Assembly: GCA_052426225.1 (NCBI GenBank)
Contig: JBNJNM010000011.1
Location: forward strand, 1,054,001 to 1,118,000
Length of the DNA stretch: 64,000 nt
From: Zancudomyces culisetae HAW-14-8
Taxonomy: Eukaryota > Fungi > Kickxellomycota
Reading direction: 5' to 3'
Shown: positions 48,822 through 61,600 of the stretch, in pieces
Layout: every line of letters begins with the position of its first letter
How positions within the stretch are numbered: position 1 is the stretch's first letter
Position numbers and translations under genes: made by a program
The notes under the pieces: generated by a model
What the model saw: the letters and a program-made list of their open reading frames with translations, nothing else
Database searches by the model: none
Told to the model about the DNA's origin: nothing

Positions 48822-50897
48822 ATGCTGTTTCCTAAGGAGCTAAAAGTGCCAGAACCCTCGCCACAGACAACCCTTAACAATGAAAGAAAAAACGGCTTCT
48901 TTCCTGTGGAGGACATGGGATTGTTTATTAACGGCGAAGAGGCTGTTGCGCGAAGAGAGAAGGTGCTGAAAATTGTACGCGCGGAACCAGAAATCTTTGG
49001 TATGAAAGAGATATACCATATGAGTAGAACAGAAAAAATTGAACACTTATTGAAGCAGGAGCTTAGAATGGTAGAGTTACTAAGGGAAGATAAGCTTACC
49101 TCAGATGATATGCTTTTGGGTATGTCTACAGTTATTGGACTTTCAGGACCATATCGTTTAACCAGAAGCATGTTTATCCCAACACTTGAGAAACAGGGTA
49201 CAGAAGAACAAAAAGAGGTATTTTTGAAGCCGGCTCTGGATTACAGAATCATTGGGTGTTATGCACAAACTGAAATGGGCCATGGTTCAAATATCAGATC
49301 GTTAGAGACCACTGCAACCTTTATCGAGGAAACTGACGAGTTTGAAATAAACTCGCCAACATTGACGTCAACAAAGTGGTGGATAGGATCACTAGGTGTC
49401 GCATGTACCCACGCTTGTGTAATTGCCCAGCTTATTGTAAAAGGAAAAAACTATGGAATATTCCCATTTGTGGTACCTATCAGATCTACAGTTGATCATA
49501 AACCATTCCCTGGAATTACGGTCGGCGATATTGGCCCCAAGTTTGGGTTTACTGCTATTGATAACGGATTCTTGAGCCTGGATAAAGTTAGAATACCACG
49601 TTTTAATCTGTTGCAACGATACATTAATGTTTCAAGAAATGGAGTAGTTACACGTCCAAAAAATATCAACCCAAGAGTTACGTATGGAACTATGGTTGAA
49701 GTGCGGGCAAGGATAGCTAGAAATATGGGAAACGTATTGGCTCATGCAGTGACAGTGGCAACCAGGTACACTGCTGTTCGTAGACAGTTTGGAGAGGCAG
49801 GAAAGCCAGAAACACCAGTACTGGACTACGGAATTGTTCAATATCGTTTAATTCCGTTGTTGGCCAAAGCATATGCCATGCTGGGTATGTCACACGAATT
49901 TACTGCACAGTACAGGAATTGTGTTGCTGCCATTGAGGCAAACAATTTTGAATTTCTTAAGGATATGCACGCTGTAAGTTGTGGATTGAAGCGATGGTCA
50001 TCCGATACGGCTGTGTACGGAGTAGATACATCTCGCCACTTGTGTGGAGGACACGGATTCTCACAGTTTTCTGGGTTGAATGAACATTTTGCAGAAAACT
50101 ACCAGACAATGATCGTTGAGGGTGATAACTACCTTTTGGCCCAGCAAACATCTAGATATTTGATTAAAATGATAGACAGTATAAAGAAAGGCGAAAAAGT
50201 TTCATCGAATGATACTGTTGATGCGTTGTGTCACTATGTCAGTACAAACAAATCAGCAAACGTCTCGAATTTCTACTCATGGGTAGGGAAGTCGTCCCGG
50301 CAAATATCTTCTGACAAACAAGCATTGCTTAGTTTGCTAGGGTTCAAATTTGTATCAATTGCAGAAAAGATGTCAGATGACGTTTATATTAAGGGTCATT
50401 TATTTGAAGATAAACTGGTAGTGGCACAAAGCCTCGCTACATCACACTCCGAGTTTATCGTCTGTTTGTATTTTGATAGACATATTAACAAACTCCCCTC
50501 AAACTCACCACTGAGACCTGTATTAGACCTGTTGTTTGCTGTTTCTGCACTGTCATTCCTAACCAGAAACACTGGTGAATTGTACTCGCTACCAGAGTCC
50601 GGCCAAATCACATCACAACTTGTTACTGATCTTGAGAGCGAGTATCTGGAGAAAATCAAGTTGCTCAGACCTCAGGCTGTACCATTGGTTGATGCATTTG
50701 GTATTTCAGATGAACAACTCAACTCAAGTCTTGGTCGGTATGACGGCAAGGTGTACGAAGATTACATGCAGCGTGCATTGAATGAGCCATTGAACAGAGA
50801 CGGGACAGGAGATGAGATTCGAAAGAGATTCTTTGAAAAGTATATTGGACCTACACTTCATGGAGGAAAAAGTGGTGCTGGAGTGAGCAAATTGTAG
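48822..50897 (+). CDS. Peroxisomal acyl-CoA oxidase copy 3, intronless
   Basis: Uninterrupted 691-aa ORF with GCYAQTEMGHGSN, CGGHGF, VEGDN and PTS1 SKL. Confidence 0.97.
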   Translation: MLFPKELKVPEPSPQTTLNNERKNGFFPVEDMGLFINGEEAVARREKVLKIVRAEPEIFGMKEIYHMSRTEKIEHLLKQELRMVELLREDKLTSDDMLLGMSTVIGLSGPYRLTRSMFIPTLEKQGTEEQKEVFLKPALDYRIIGCYAQTEMGHGSNIRSLETTATFIEETDEFEINSPTLTSTKWWIGSLGVACTHACVIAQLIVKGKNYGIFPFVVPIRSTVDHKPFPGITVGDIGPKFGFTAIDNGFLSLDKVRIPRFNLLQRYINVSRNGVVTRPKNINPRVTYGTMVEVRARIARNMGNVLAHAVTVATRYTAVRRQFGEAGKPETPVLDYGIVQYRLIPLLAKAYAMLGMSHEFTAQYRNCVAAIEANNFEFLKDMHAVSCGLKRWSSDTAVYGVDTSRHLCGGHGFSQFSGLNEHFAENYQTMIVEGDNYLLAQQTSRYLIKMIDSIKKGEKVSSNDTVDALCHYVSTNKSANVSNFYSWVGKSSRQISSDKQALLSLLGFKFVSIAEKMSDDVYIKGHLFEDKLVVAQSLATSHSEFIVCLYFDRHINKLPSNSPLRPVLDLLFAVSALSFLTRNTGELYSLPESGQITSQLVTDLESEYLEKIKLLRPQAVPLVDAFGISDEQLNSSLGRYDGKVYEDYMQRALNEPLNRDGTGDEIRKRFFEKYIGPTLHGGKSGAGVSKL

Positions 50898-51332
50898 GCA
50901 CTGTACTTTGATTTAAGCTCCAAGAATACGATCTTTTAGCTGTTTTTTGTTCTATTTTATTTTTTTTATATGACTAACATCGCCCGCCATTTCATATCAC
51001 TGATAAAGTTAGAACCGATTTTGCTCATCAGAATTTCTTCACACAGGTTTGGAGTCGTTAGCTTTGGAATTGCTTTATAACATTTTCTTCCTCTCTTCAC
51101 TAGGAATAACAGAAAATAAAAAAAGTGTTTAACTCTCCTAAATCAACTAATTAATTTATCGCCTTTATTTACACAACTCTCCTCCTCTCCAAAAAAAGAT
51201 GAGCCAGAGTATTACTGCGTTTAAAAAAGTAATACAAGTACAATTTCTGGAGTGCAACTTTGCCACAAATAGAGGATATACAGAAAAATTCTAATATTTC
51301 AAAGATGTTGGTTGGTAATTGTATACTAATTC

Positions 51333-52910
51333 CTACTTTGAAAAAACGTCGTCCTTGTCGATACCATTGCTAGGATCAGTGCTGACCTTTGGCGAGTTTT
51401 CATCTTTTTCTTTACTCATTCGGAGTTTATACCTTATAGATACACATAATATTGATAAATTTAGAATCTAGTCATAAAAAAAAGTCTAATTCACGCAAAT
51501 AAAACATTTGAATCGCTCTAAAAGAAATGTAAAAAAAAATGTACTTACAGTATACTACCTGGGTTCTTTTCGGGATTTCTGCAAAAAATCAGCCTCCTAT
51601 CGATTTCCCTAACCTCCTCAGTTTTTGGTATTGTGTGTTTTGATATCACATCTTGGATATCGTCCAGTATTGGATATAATAAGATCAATAGCTGAGCACT
51701 AAACTTTTTCGTTAAATACCTATTCGGGCATTCAAATTTCACAAGTAAAGTAAATATAAAGAAACAGAGTACTCGTAGGCAAAAGGCAAGTTCGATGCTT
51801 ACATATCAATATCAAGTCCGGATTTCGAGCCTGCAAGTTTCCACGCTGCTAATGCTATCTGCGACGGTTGGTATATGAGCCCCAAGTCCGTGAATAGAGA
51901 TATCTCAACATAGCCAAGGGTCAGGTTATAGCACTTTAATAACAGTGACAAGTCTTCAAAGCATGTCTATTTATGTTTAGTTGCATTACTTTTGGTTTAC
52001 ACATTCATTTTTGAATTTATGTTACTAAAATATGATGTTTACCTGGAGTTCAAGATATAAGCCATATGCTGCCTTATACGGATTTTGAATAGAATATTCA
52101 AACTTCAAGCTTTGAGAAACTAGAAATTCATTATCAAGAACGTCATCGGCTGTTGTTTTTGGCAGAGGTTTTATAAAGTCGTTTATCTGAATCGACAGGT
52201 TTTCCACTTTTGTTGCCAAAAACAAACAAGTAAGCATGATTTGTTTTGGCGGATAATCGATAACAGTATTAAGCAAATAAAACCGCTTCATGAACATTAT
52301 TGCTGTTGCCTAATATTAGCACATCACGATAGTATCATTTCAATAATCACATTAACAGCTCCTCAAACTCAAGCTACATTATAACAAGGCTAAAAACTTG
52401 TTTATTTTCCCTTACTTTAATGTTATTCGTAAATTTATACACCCTAGAGTAATCTCTTATTTTAGTTTCGTAGAAATTGATAAGGCGAAGTTCATCTTCA
52501 AGACTGAGGTAATTAATCTCGTTTGAATGTACCTCTTCCATCGCAGAACTTTGGTTTTCTTCAGCGTCGTTCTTGGCATTCTACAAGTTAAATGAGTGTT
52601 TCAGTTAGTATTTTAGTGGGGTCGGTAATTTTGCATACTCAAAATTAATAAAGTTGGTAAGGTTGGTATGGTTGGTTAAGACTGAGAATATATAATGATA
52701 ACAGCAAAATGTAGTTTTTATATTTAAAAAAAAAACATGTGTATTCAAAGGTTGTGGATATTGGTCTAGCCATACCTGCTCCATTATCCTGTTCTGTTTT
52801 GCTCGGTCGATTCCAGATTTATTGACATGTTCTCGAAGATCGTGCAGCTCTTTTTTTGTAAACCTCCAATTCCGATATTGAGAGGTTTGTTCGTACAGCT
52901 CCTTATGCAT
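51333..52910 (-). CDS. CCL1: Cyclin H (TFIIH kinase module), multi-exon
   Basis: LYEQTSQYRNWRFT, YLSLEDELRLINFYE, TAIMFMKRFYLLNTVIDYPPKQIMLTCLFLATKVEN, TDLGLIYQPSQIALAA, FCRNPEKNPGS. Confidence 0.9.
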
Positions 52911-53373
52911 TTTCAAATGCTGTTTTATGTGTATTTTATTTTGATTTTCGAGTCTTAAAACCAATATTTCTGTTTTATTTGGAGTGGATATTATATGTCA
53001 ATAGTTTATATTCATTATACAAAATTCAATCCCATTCAATGTGTGTGGGGGGTGGATGTAGGAAATTAAAATTTTAGCCAACTCCACAAAAAAAAAATCG
53101 GTTAAATGGTGTCCTGAGTCGCACAATCAAACAGAGGCGAATATCGTTGTGTATAGAACTTGTTTAGGGATATAAAAAAATGATCGATTTATTTATAACA
53201 GGGTATTCTAGAATTAACTTGCGATATTTACAAAGAAAAAACAAAGTAGCGGATACAATATAATAGAAATGGTCTATTGCGAGAACCAAGAGTGGTGTCG
53301 ACCAGACGACTTGGGGGGAAAAAAACATGCTCTTGAAGCAGATACAACCACAAAGGTGCTGCTAGATGAAACT

Positions 53374-54296
53374 CTAGAACAGCTTTACGTTGTCTTGGTA
53401 GTGTCTGATCAGAACGGCTTTGTACTCATCCTGATTTTCCCAAAGCTTCGCAGCTTCGTTATTTAGGGGGCTGGCAGGATTGGGTTCTATATAGAAGCGA
53501 AGCTTCACTTTTAGTATAGTCTTTTATATTCCACTCTGAACACAAAATCACATTGAATAGCATGCAAAATAAAACCAAGTAGTTATGAGAGAATAGTATT
53601 AATTGTTAAATACCTCCTAGAAGACTTTGTAACGACAAGAGAATTGTCTGCACGTTGTAAATAGCCGACCACTCTTCCTAGTGATTAAATAAAATTTACG
53701 AGTAAATACTGAGGCATATACATTCTAAATAAACGCGCCAGTATAGAAAAGTAAACATGTCTCAGACTGGATTTAAATGGGTGAAAAAAAAATAAATACC
53801 TTGAGTATATCCAGACAAATATTTCCCGAAAGGTCGACATTGGGATGATAACAGGGTGTTACAAATATTACTTTGGGTGCGTGCATTGGATAGTCTGAGG
53901 GAAAAGTTATTCTGATTTTGTATTTTAACCCTTCATACAAAGTGTCCTTTGCGCCCTCGATGGTACCAAGCCACATTAACATGTTGTCAGATTCAGGAAA
54001 TGCCGTTATCCCTGGTACACTTGACATCTATGGTAAAGTAGATGGTTTTTTATACGGCTTTTTCGACCGAGTTAATATTCCATAAAAATGTATTTACCAT
54101 GAGGCCCATCAATTCATTTTTAAGCCTAAAAGATTTATACAAAATAGTCTTTAGTAGTTATATGCGAAAGGGTGTTACAGGTACACATTTTATAAAATTC
54201 CGTAAAGTAAGGAGAAAAGTGTAGCTAAACAGCCAAGTTGTATGGCGTTTACCTTTTCACGACTGATTGATTTACGCTCTGATTCTGATTCGACAT
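53374..54296 (-). CDS. UBE2C: Ubiquitin-conjugating enzyme E2-C (UbcH10/Ubc11), five exons
   Basis: Spliced product: SVVKRLKNELMGLMMSSVPGITAFPESDN...[54 protein letters not shown]. Confidence 0.93.
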
Positions 54297-55507
54297 GTTG
54301 CAAAGGTTAACAGACAATCCGGTCTTTGAATAGCAGTTATTCCCGAGGTCTCGATTAGTCTCTAATAAAGATATCTAAAACATAAGTATCTGCGTTTCTA
54401 AAAATGCTGATATGGATTTTAATCAAAAAGCTTTTATATTTTTCTAAGCATTAGATTTGCGCTGATTTAAAAAAGAAAATAAACGCTGCTTGAACAATAA
54501 TAGGTCCCTTTTGTTTACATTATTCGCTCTTGTTACATTTATCATAATTCTCAGTTTACTTTGAATTTTATACATCATGGCTCAACCAAGCGATACGCGC
54601 GAATGATATTGCTAAAATGCAATGTCAAGTTGTATGGGATTTCTGAAAATTTCAAACAATTTTCCTTTTTTCACAGTGGGCGTTCCAGTAGTCATTTGAG
54701 AAAAGTATTTGGCTGGTTTTTATTGGGAAGCCGATACCACACAAACAAAGAATTTTTTATTTATTACAAGAGTACCAAAAATACTGACAATACCAAAAAG
54801 GTTGAAAAAAATGGCAAAAATCGTTAATCAGATATGGACAAGAGGATTGGGATGGATACGGGGCAGCGCTCTGATGTCTGCGGGGTTTATAATTGAAATT
54901 GGCCTCTGAAACGTGTTTGTACTAAAATAGGAAAAATGGAATATCGGGATAGTAGTGATATCACACATATAATCGCTATAGTATTGAAAACCGCTATAAA
55001 CTTGTAAAATATAGAAACAGATATCTATATTTCAAAGAATTCACACAGCAAATAGCCAGAAAAAACAATAGATAGTGGTAATAAATCGCGATTTATGCAA
55101 ATATAATTATTTGGATGGATTCCGAAGTAAGCAATTCCGATGACCTTGAATATTTTGTAGCGAAAATATAAAGTTCACTTTTGAGATATTGGAATTTGCA
55201 GCAGAAATTAAAACTATCAAGGTTTGCTTTGGATAGACTGGGTGGCGAACTATAAAGAACCGAAGCTAAGGAGAATAACCCGAAAAATTTAAATTTAATT
55301 GGAGTGCAAAACGAATATAGCTAAAAGAATTGAATCTTGGGCATTATATTTATTATTAAAGCAGGCAGGAACAAATCAGGAAAAACAATATTTGTGCCAT
55401 TTAATTTTCACAGCTTGACCAACCTTAAAAGCACCCTCGAGAACAAAAAATAGGAAAACAACAAAATATTTCTAGAACCCCCAAAAAATCACAAAAGAAA
55501 GGCATAA

Positions 55508-57035
55508 ATGGATCATCACAGTACTCAGACCAACGTTAGCTTTGTAAAAAAGCACCACTTGAGGCGTAAAATAATCTATATCGTGCTGGTTATATTATCA
55601 TGGTAAGGACTTTGCTTCCCTTTTTTTTTGAGATTTAGTATTACATTTTCGCAAAATATGCAAGAATATGTCACTTTATGATACACACTGTTGTTTCTGG
55701 CCAAGAAGCTTATATACTTAAAATCCTTGCTACAAAATAACACAAAATAGGTACTTCTTCTCTCTGATACTGTCGCTGTATAACAAATGGCTGTTTGGGA
55801 AAAAAAACAAGAACTTTTCCTACCCCTTATTCACTACATTTTTTCATATGATTGTACAGTATACGGTTTCAAAGTTTGTGATTAAAATGTACCCACAGTT
55901 TGAGCCACGGACCAGGCCAACACGGCAGGACTATTTGGAGCGTATAGTACCATGTGGCCTTGCTTCTGCATTAGACATTGGGCTTTCCAATCTGAGTTTG
56001 AAAACTATAACGCTAACATTTTATACCATGTGTAAATCGTCGGTGGTTATATTTGTACTATTCTTTGCCTTCTTGTTTGGGCTAGAAAAGGTTAGAATCA
56101 AACTTATTCTGATCATTTTTATGATCTTTGTTGGTGTATTTTTAATGGTATCTGGAGAGTCCGATTTTGTACTTGAAGGGTAAGTGGGGTCTATTATTAA
56201 ATTAGATATAATATATATGCACAGATATATAATTTTACAATTTTTAAAAAAGCAGCACTAGATTAATAGCATCGTCAACATGGCGTAGCTAAACACAGGA
56301 TGTATTTCTTGAGTATGAGTTAAAGTGCACTGTGGCTACTAAAATATGTTCAAATATCTATGTATATATAGCTTTGTAGAGGTTATGTTGGCATGTGTGA
56401 TGAGTGGGTTGAGATGGTCGCTAACTCAGACGCTGCTGGAAAAGGAAAAGTATGGAATGGATAATCCTGCTGCTACCATTTTATTTATCTCTCCCATTAT
56501 GGCCTTTTTCCTTTTGGTTGCATCGTTAATCGTAGAAAATCCATTTGGTATGTTCAAGACACAGTTTTTTGATGGAGTAGGCCAGTCGTTTATCACTATG
56601 TGCGCAATATTATTCGGTGGAATTATTGCAAGCTGCATGGTATACTCTGAGTTTGTTTTAATCAAGCTAACATCCGTTGTTTCACTCTCTGTCGCTGGGA
56701 TATTCAAGGAAGCTCTCACCATTGTGTTGTCAGTTTTAATTTTTGGAGACGTAATGACAGCAAAAAATACACTTGGGCTCATTATTACACTCGCTGGGAT
56801 TGCTATATACAACTATGTAAAGATGAAGAAACATTTTTCTGCGGACACATCCACAATACCTCCAACAAGGAGTATATCGTTATCGACAGAATTGGTATCA
56901 GATTACGCACATTTGACGCCAGAAGCATTAGAGTCGCTTAATTTTGATGGCGAACCAGAAGATTTTGAGTTGAACGAACTCTCAAAAATCCTTTCTATCG
57001 ATTCTCTTGACGAATTACATAAACATGCGAGATAG
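55508..57035 (+). CDS. Triose-phosphate/nucleotide-sugar transporter family (SLC35C2/Ymd8-like); exons 55508-55602, 55751-56179, 56372-57035
   Basis: WYFFSLILSLYNKWLF, FSYPLFTT, ALDIGLSNLSLKTITLTFYTMCKSS, SGLRWSLTQ, VSLSVAGIFKE. Confidence 0.9.
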
Positions 57036-58654
57036 TTTTTTAATATTTATCTCATATTGACAATAGTTTCCTCAACTCTCACTATTTAATGCGTATTATA
57101 AAAGTTTTTTTTTTGGGGGGGGGAGAGGGGTTCGTAACTGATAGGATTGTGGTATACTGATGTTTATTTTTTTCACTTTATGGTTTATTTCATTTGTTAT
57201 TTGTTTTGTGTTATTCATGTGTAATAGAGCTGATTCCGATAAACATTGCCTTTTAAATTAGAGTTTAGTAGCTACGTCTTTCTACCCATAACTGAATATA
57301 TTTCCTAAGTAGAGTGAAAATTCGTTGTAAAAACAGAAAACATTCAACAACACGCAAATAATTAGATAATTAGACCTGTATTGCTACACTTTTTGTATAT
57401 GTTGGTTTAGCTCGCAGGTGATCATATCCGAGCATCATGAAAAATGATGTCTTTAGAACAGATAAAAGCTATATTATATAGTATATCAAAATATTAACTA
57501 GATTCTCGTTACAAGTCGAGTTTGGGTCAGTAAATTGACAAAAATGAGCTTTAAAAACCCTCTCATGACAAAGTATAGCAATTGTGTGTAGTTTTCATGA
57601 ATTTCTCTCCTCATTGTATTTTGATAAAATCATGCTTGCTCAATTTGAATGGGAAATAAACATGATGAATTTTGCTGTGCAACCTGATTAGTTTTCTTTG
57701 GACCTGTTACTATTATATTAAGAGGATAATGGTGCCTGCATCTACTCCTGAGTTGAAGTTTTAACAGAGTATAAAATTAACTATTATTTGCTGGGAAATT
57801 ATTCTTCCAACATGATATCCTTGCCTGTAAAGTTGTACTACTTTCCGCATTAATGATCTCTGCAAGAAATTTAACCGATACTGGATTTGTAGTACTGCTT
57901 GTTATTTGGTGAACAGAGCGGAGAGCACGTAAATTATTTGTCCACATTTTGGCGCTTGTTTATTGTTATTCAAATGATCCCCCCCTCGCATCCCCAATCC
58001 CTTCCCCACTATATACACGTTTCCCATACGCCTGTTTATATTTGTATTTTCCTCACTCTTTTAATTCTCATCCTCCCAATCTGCCAACCAACCAACCAGG
58101 ATCAACTCAAACGCGCTAAAAATAGATATTAGCTGGGCATATACTAAAGCAGGAAAATGTAGAGGCAATTTTACAAGCCAATCTTGCCTTGGTGGCGGAA
58201 GAGTTAATTTCCTGTTACTTGCTATACCCAAAAAAAGATAAATGGCATGGAGCCAATTCCTGATTCCCCAATTTGCTAGAATTAGCATTTGAAAATAAAA
58301 TTCGCGATGAATTCCCAGCACTTTTATTTAGAAATTATGTAATTGGAAAAAAATTGGGAAAGTACCCAATTTTTAGAATAAGCGGAAATGGAAATGGAAA
58401 TGGAAAACAGGGGTTGCTCTTTCTGCAATGCTTTTATTTGCCAGTCTCGGTAAAAGTTATAATTCCGGGATGCTCAAATTCAAACCACACAAACAAACCC
58501 AAGGTTCATTTTATTTTTATATATTTTAAGCTCAGGTGGTGTATTTGGCCTTTTGGATGCGAACTTGATGTATATTATTTATACTTGAAACTTGATAAAT
58601 AGACAAAGTTACAATAAAGTATTTTTACTAACGTATGGTTATTTCTAGCTAAAT

Positions 58655-61600
58655 ATGCCAGAAAGCGTAGAAAAGCCGAAAATCGAAGTGACTCAAGAGT
58701 CATGCGGAGGTAAGACCATACCATTTGTTTTCATCTAATAAGTTTTAAAAAATTAATCAAAACTACTAAATGAATAGTCGGAGATACAGAGAGATATATC
58801 CGTATTCTAAAGGCATTTAAAGAAGGTAAGGGAATGTTTTCGGCTATGAGTAGTACATTTCAACTGATCTTTTTTTGAACTCTTGTACAATGTCTAACAA
58901 AAAAAATATGTATTTTAACCTGGAAAATAGGTGACACCGAGAAGATAGACGATATAGTTATAAAATGGATGGCAATACACGATAAATACGCAAAGAGCAA
59001 AAAAACCGAAAGTAGTAGTGAGACTTTATCTGGGGTGGATTCCGTTTTCAAATTCTCCACACCACTTCATTTGGCTGCACGATGTGCCGAGCCACAAATA
59101 GTCGAGCATCTATTATCTTTAGAGACTCCAAAGTTGGCTGTTGATGCCAAGGATTCTATGGGAATGACACCATTACATTGTGCTGTAAAATTTGGTAGAA
59201 AGGATGTAGTGATTTCTTTGCTTAATGCAGGGGCTGATTATACCATCAAAAACAAAGATAACAAGGATGTGTTTGAGCTTTGTACATCCGAGTCTATCAT
59301 GGAGATATTGAAACAGCATGCAGATGTCGAGGTAAAAAAATTTACCAAGATGATGATTGAGTTTGCAAAGGCAAACGATGTAAAAGGGCTGGAGGGAATG
59401 ATGAATAATGAGCTTGCAGAAAAAAGGATCAACGTTTTAGCGCAGGATCCGGAAAACAAAAAAACACTCCTTCATTATGCTGCCAAGGACAACAACCTTG
59501 AACTTGCAACTTGGTGTATAAAAAAGGGAGCTAATATGTATTTGGTGGATGATCAACACAAGACAGCACAAGATTATGCAAAGATGCCAGCGATTCAACA
59601 GTTGTTTGGGCAGGCATTTATGGGAGGATTGAGCGGAATTGAAGTTGGAATGGCACCAAAATGCAGCGGATCGTTGGAAAAGTGGGGCAACTATGCAGTG
59701 GGATACAAAACGCGATGGTTTGAGCTTGATTCGGGAGTGCTTTCGTATTTTAAGGATAGGAAAAGTACGATCAACTCTTGCAGAGGTGCATTGTTTTTGA
59801 AGAATGCACAGATAACGCTATCAACAAAGGATAAAAAGTGCTTTGAAGTAAACATTAAGGGGTTCAGCAAGCTCCAACTAAAGGCCAAGTCAGAAATAGA
59901 AGCCAAGCAGTGGGTTCATGCTATGAACTTGTCAAAATACTGGGCATCCAAACATGATGTTCCACTAAAGGTCGCTACGCCCTACAGTGCTGATATCAAC
60001 AGAAAAGGGTTTTCGAGCAACGAAAGTACCCCAGAGACCCCATCGGAAGGGTTTGCAAAGAGAGAATTCGATACTAAGAGCGCTGTGACTCAGAAACTTG
60101 AAGCGGCCTCTATTAAACAAGGAGGAGATCACCAACCTTTTCAATATCTGAGTAATGCGGTTGTTAGTGATCTTGGAGAAGGCCTACAGCCTTTGAGTTC
60201 AAAAATCAGTTTGAGTCTTTCACCAAAAATTGGGGAGCTGGAAGTCGACAGCAATGATCACAGGAAATCTCGGTTATTGAGACAAAAGATAAAGGGGGTA
60301 TCGTCCACAGCTTTAAACAAGATTAAAAGTAAAAGATCTCGTAGTAGAGGGAGACCTGATGATGGAGAGGGGGAGATGAGCATTTATGAGGAATACGAAG
60401 AATCAATCACTACAGCAGATACAGGGAATGGATATGTTGACAATGAGGATTCGCTAGAAATGTTGGAAGAAGGAATGTACGAGGATCAATACGTTACAAG
60501 CTATGGGCTTATGGAAAGTCAGATGGACATAATGGACTACATTGTGGAGTCACTGAAAAATGTTAAGGAGGAGGAGCTTAGTGTAGGCATGATACAAAAG
60601 AAGGCCGAGCTTTTGGCAATGGTGTCACAGGAGCTGAGCAACTGTCTTTCGACAATGTATAGTTTGCATAGCAAAATGGCAGCGCTTCTCAAGAAAAAAC
60701 TTGAATCAGAGTCAAGTAGGATAGATGTATTAGCAGACAGTCTACAGTCAGCTGTACTTGATACACAGGAGGTAACAAAGCAGTTTATTAGAGCCAAAAC
60801 ACAGTACCATAAATTGACTTTGGGAACTTCAAAAGAGCAACTAGCAGGCGTACCTGAAGCCGAGGCTGTGGCGAAAGAAGGGGGGGCTGAGTTGACCGAG
60901 GAGTCAGAAGAAGATGAGTTTCTTGATGCTGAGGAAGAGTTTGCACAGACAGCAGAAGAGGCGTCATGGGTCAGCAAAGGGCTAACAGAGGCCGAAATAG
61001 TACAACCACCGGTTTCAGCGACTGGAGCACATGTAGTTACAGCAGAAAGTAAAATTACTGCATACGATCTTGCGGGGTATTTGCCCATAGATGTGAGAAA
61101 GAAACTTCCTGTGCTCACAGGAAAGAAGCCTTCGCTGAACTTGTGGAGTATCATCAAAAGTGCTATTGGAAAGGATCTTACCAAGATCTCCATTCCAGTT
61201 TACTTCAATGAGCCTACGTCGTTTTTGCAGCGGTTTACAGAGGATATGGAATATGAACACTTCCTTGATGTTGCATCCAAGTTTCCAAAGAGCTCTGATC
61301 GTACAATGTTGGTTGCTGCGTTTGCCTTGAGCTCGTATTCATCTGCAGTTGGACGCATTTCCAAACCATTCAATCCACTCTTGGGTGAAACCTTTGAGTA
61401 TGTCAGGCCAGATAAAAAGTACAGAGCATTTTCGGAACAGGTTCTTCATCATCCCCCAACTTCAGCCTTTTGGGTAGAGGCTGAAAACTACACCTATCAC
61501 GCTGACACTGTGATCGCTTCTAGATTCACTGGCAAATCTTTGGATATTGACCCGAACTGTATGTGCCACGTGTTTCTCAAGGTTCCTTTGGCGTTTTTAA

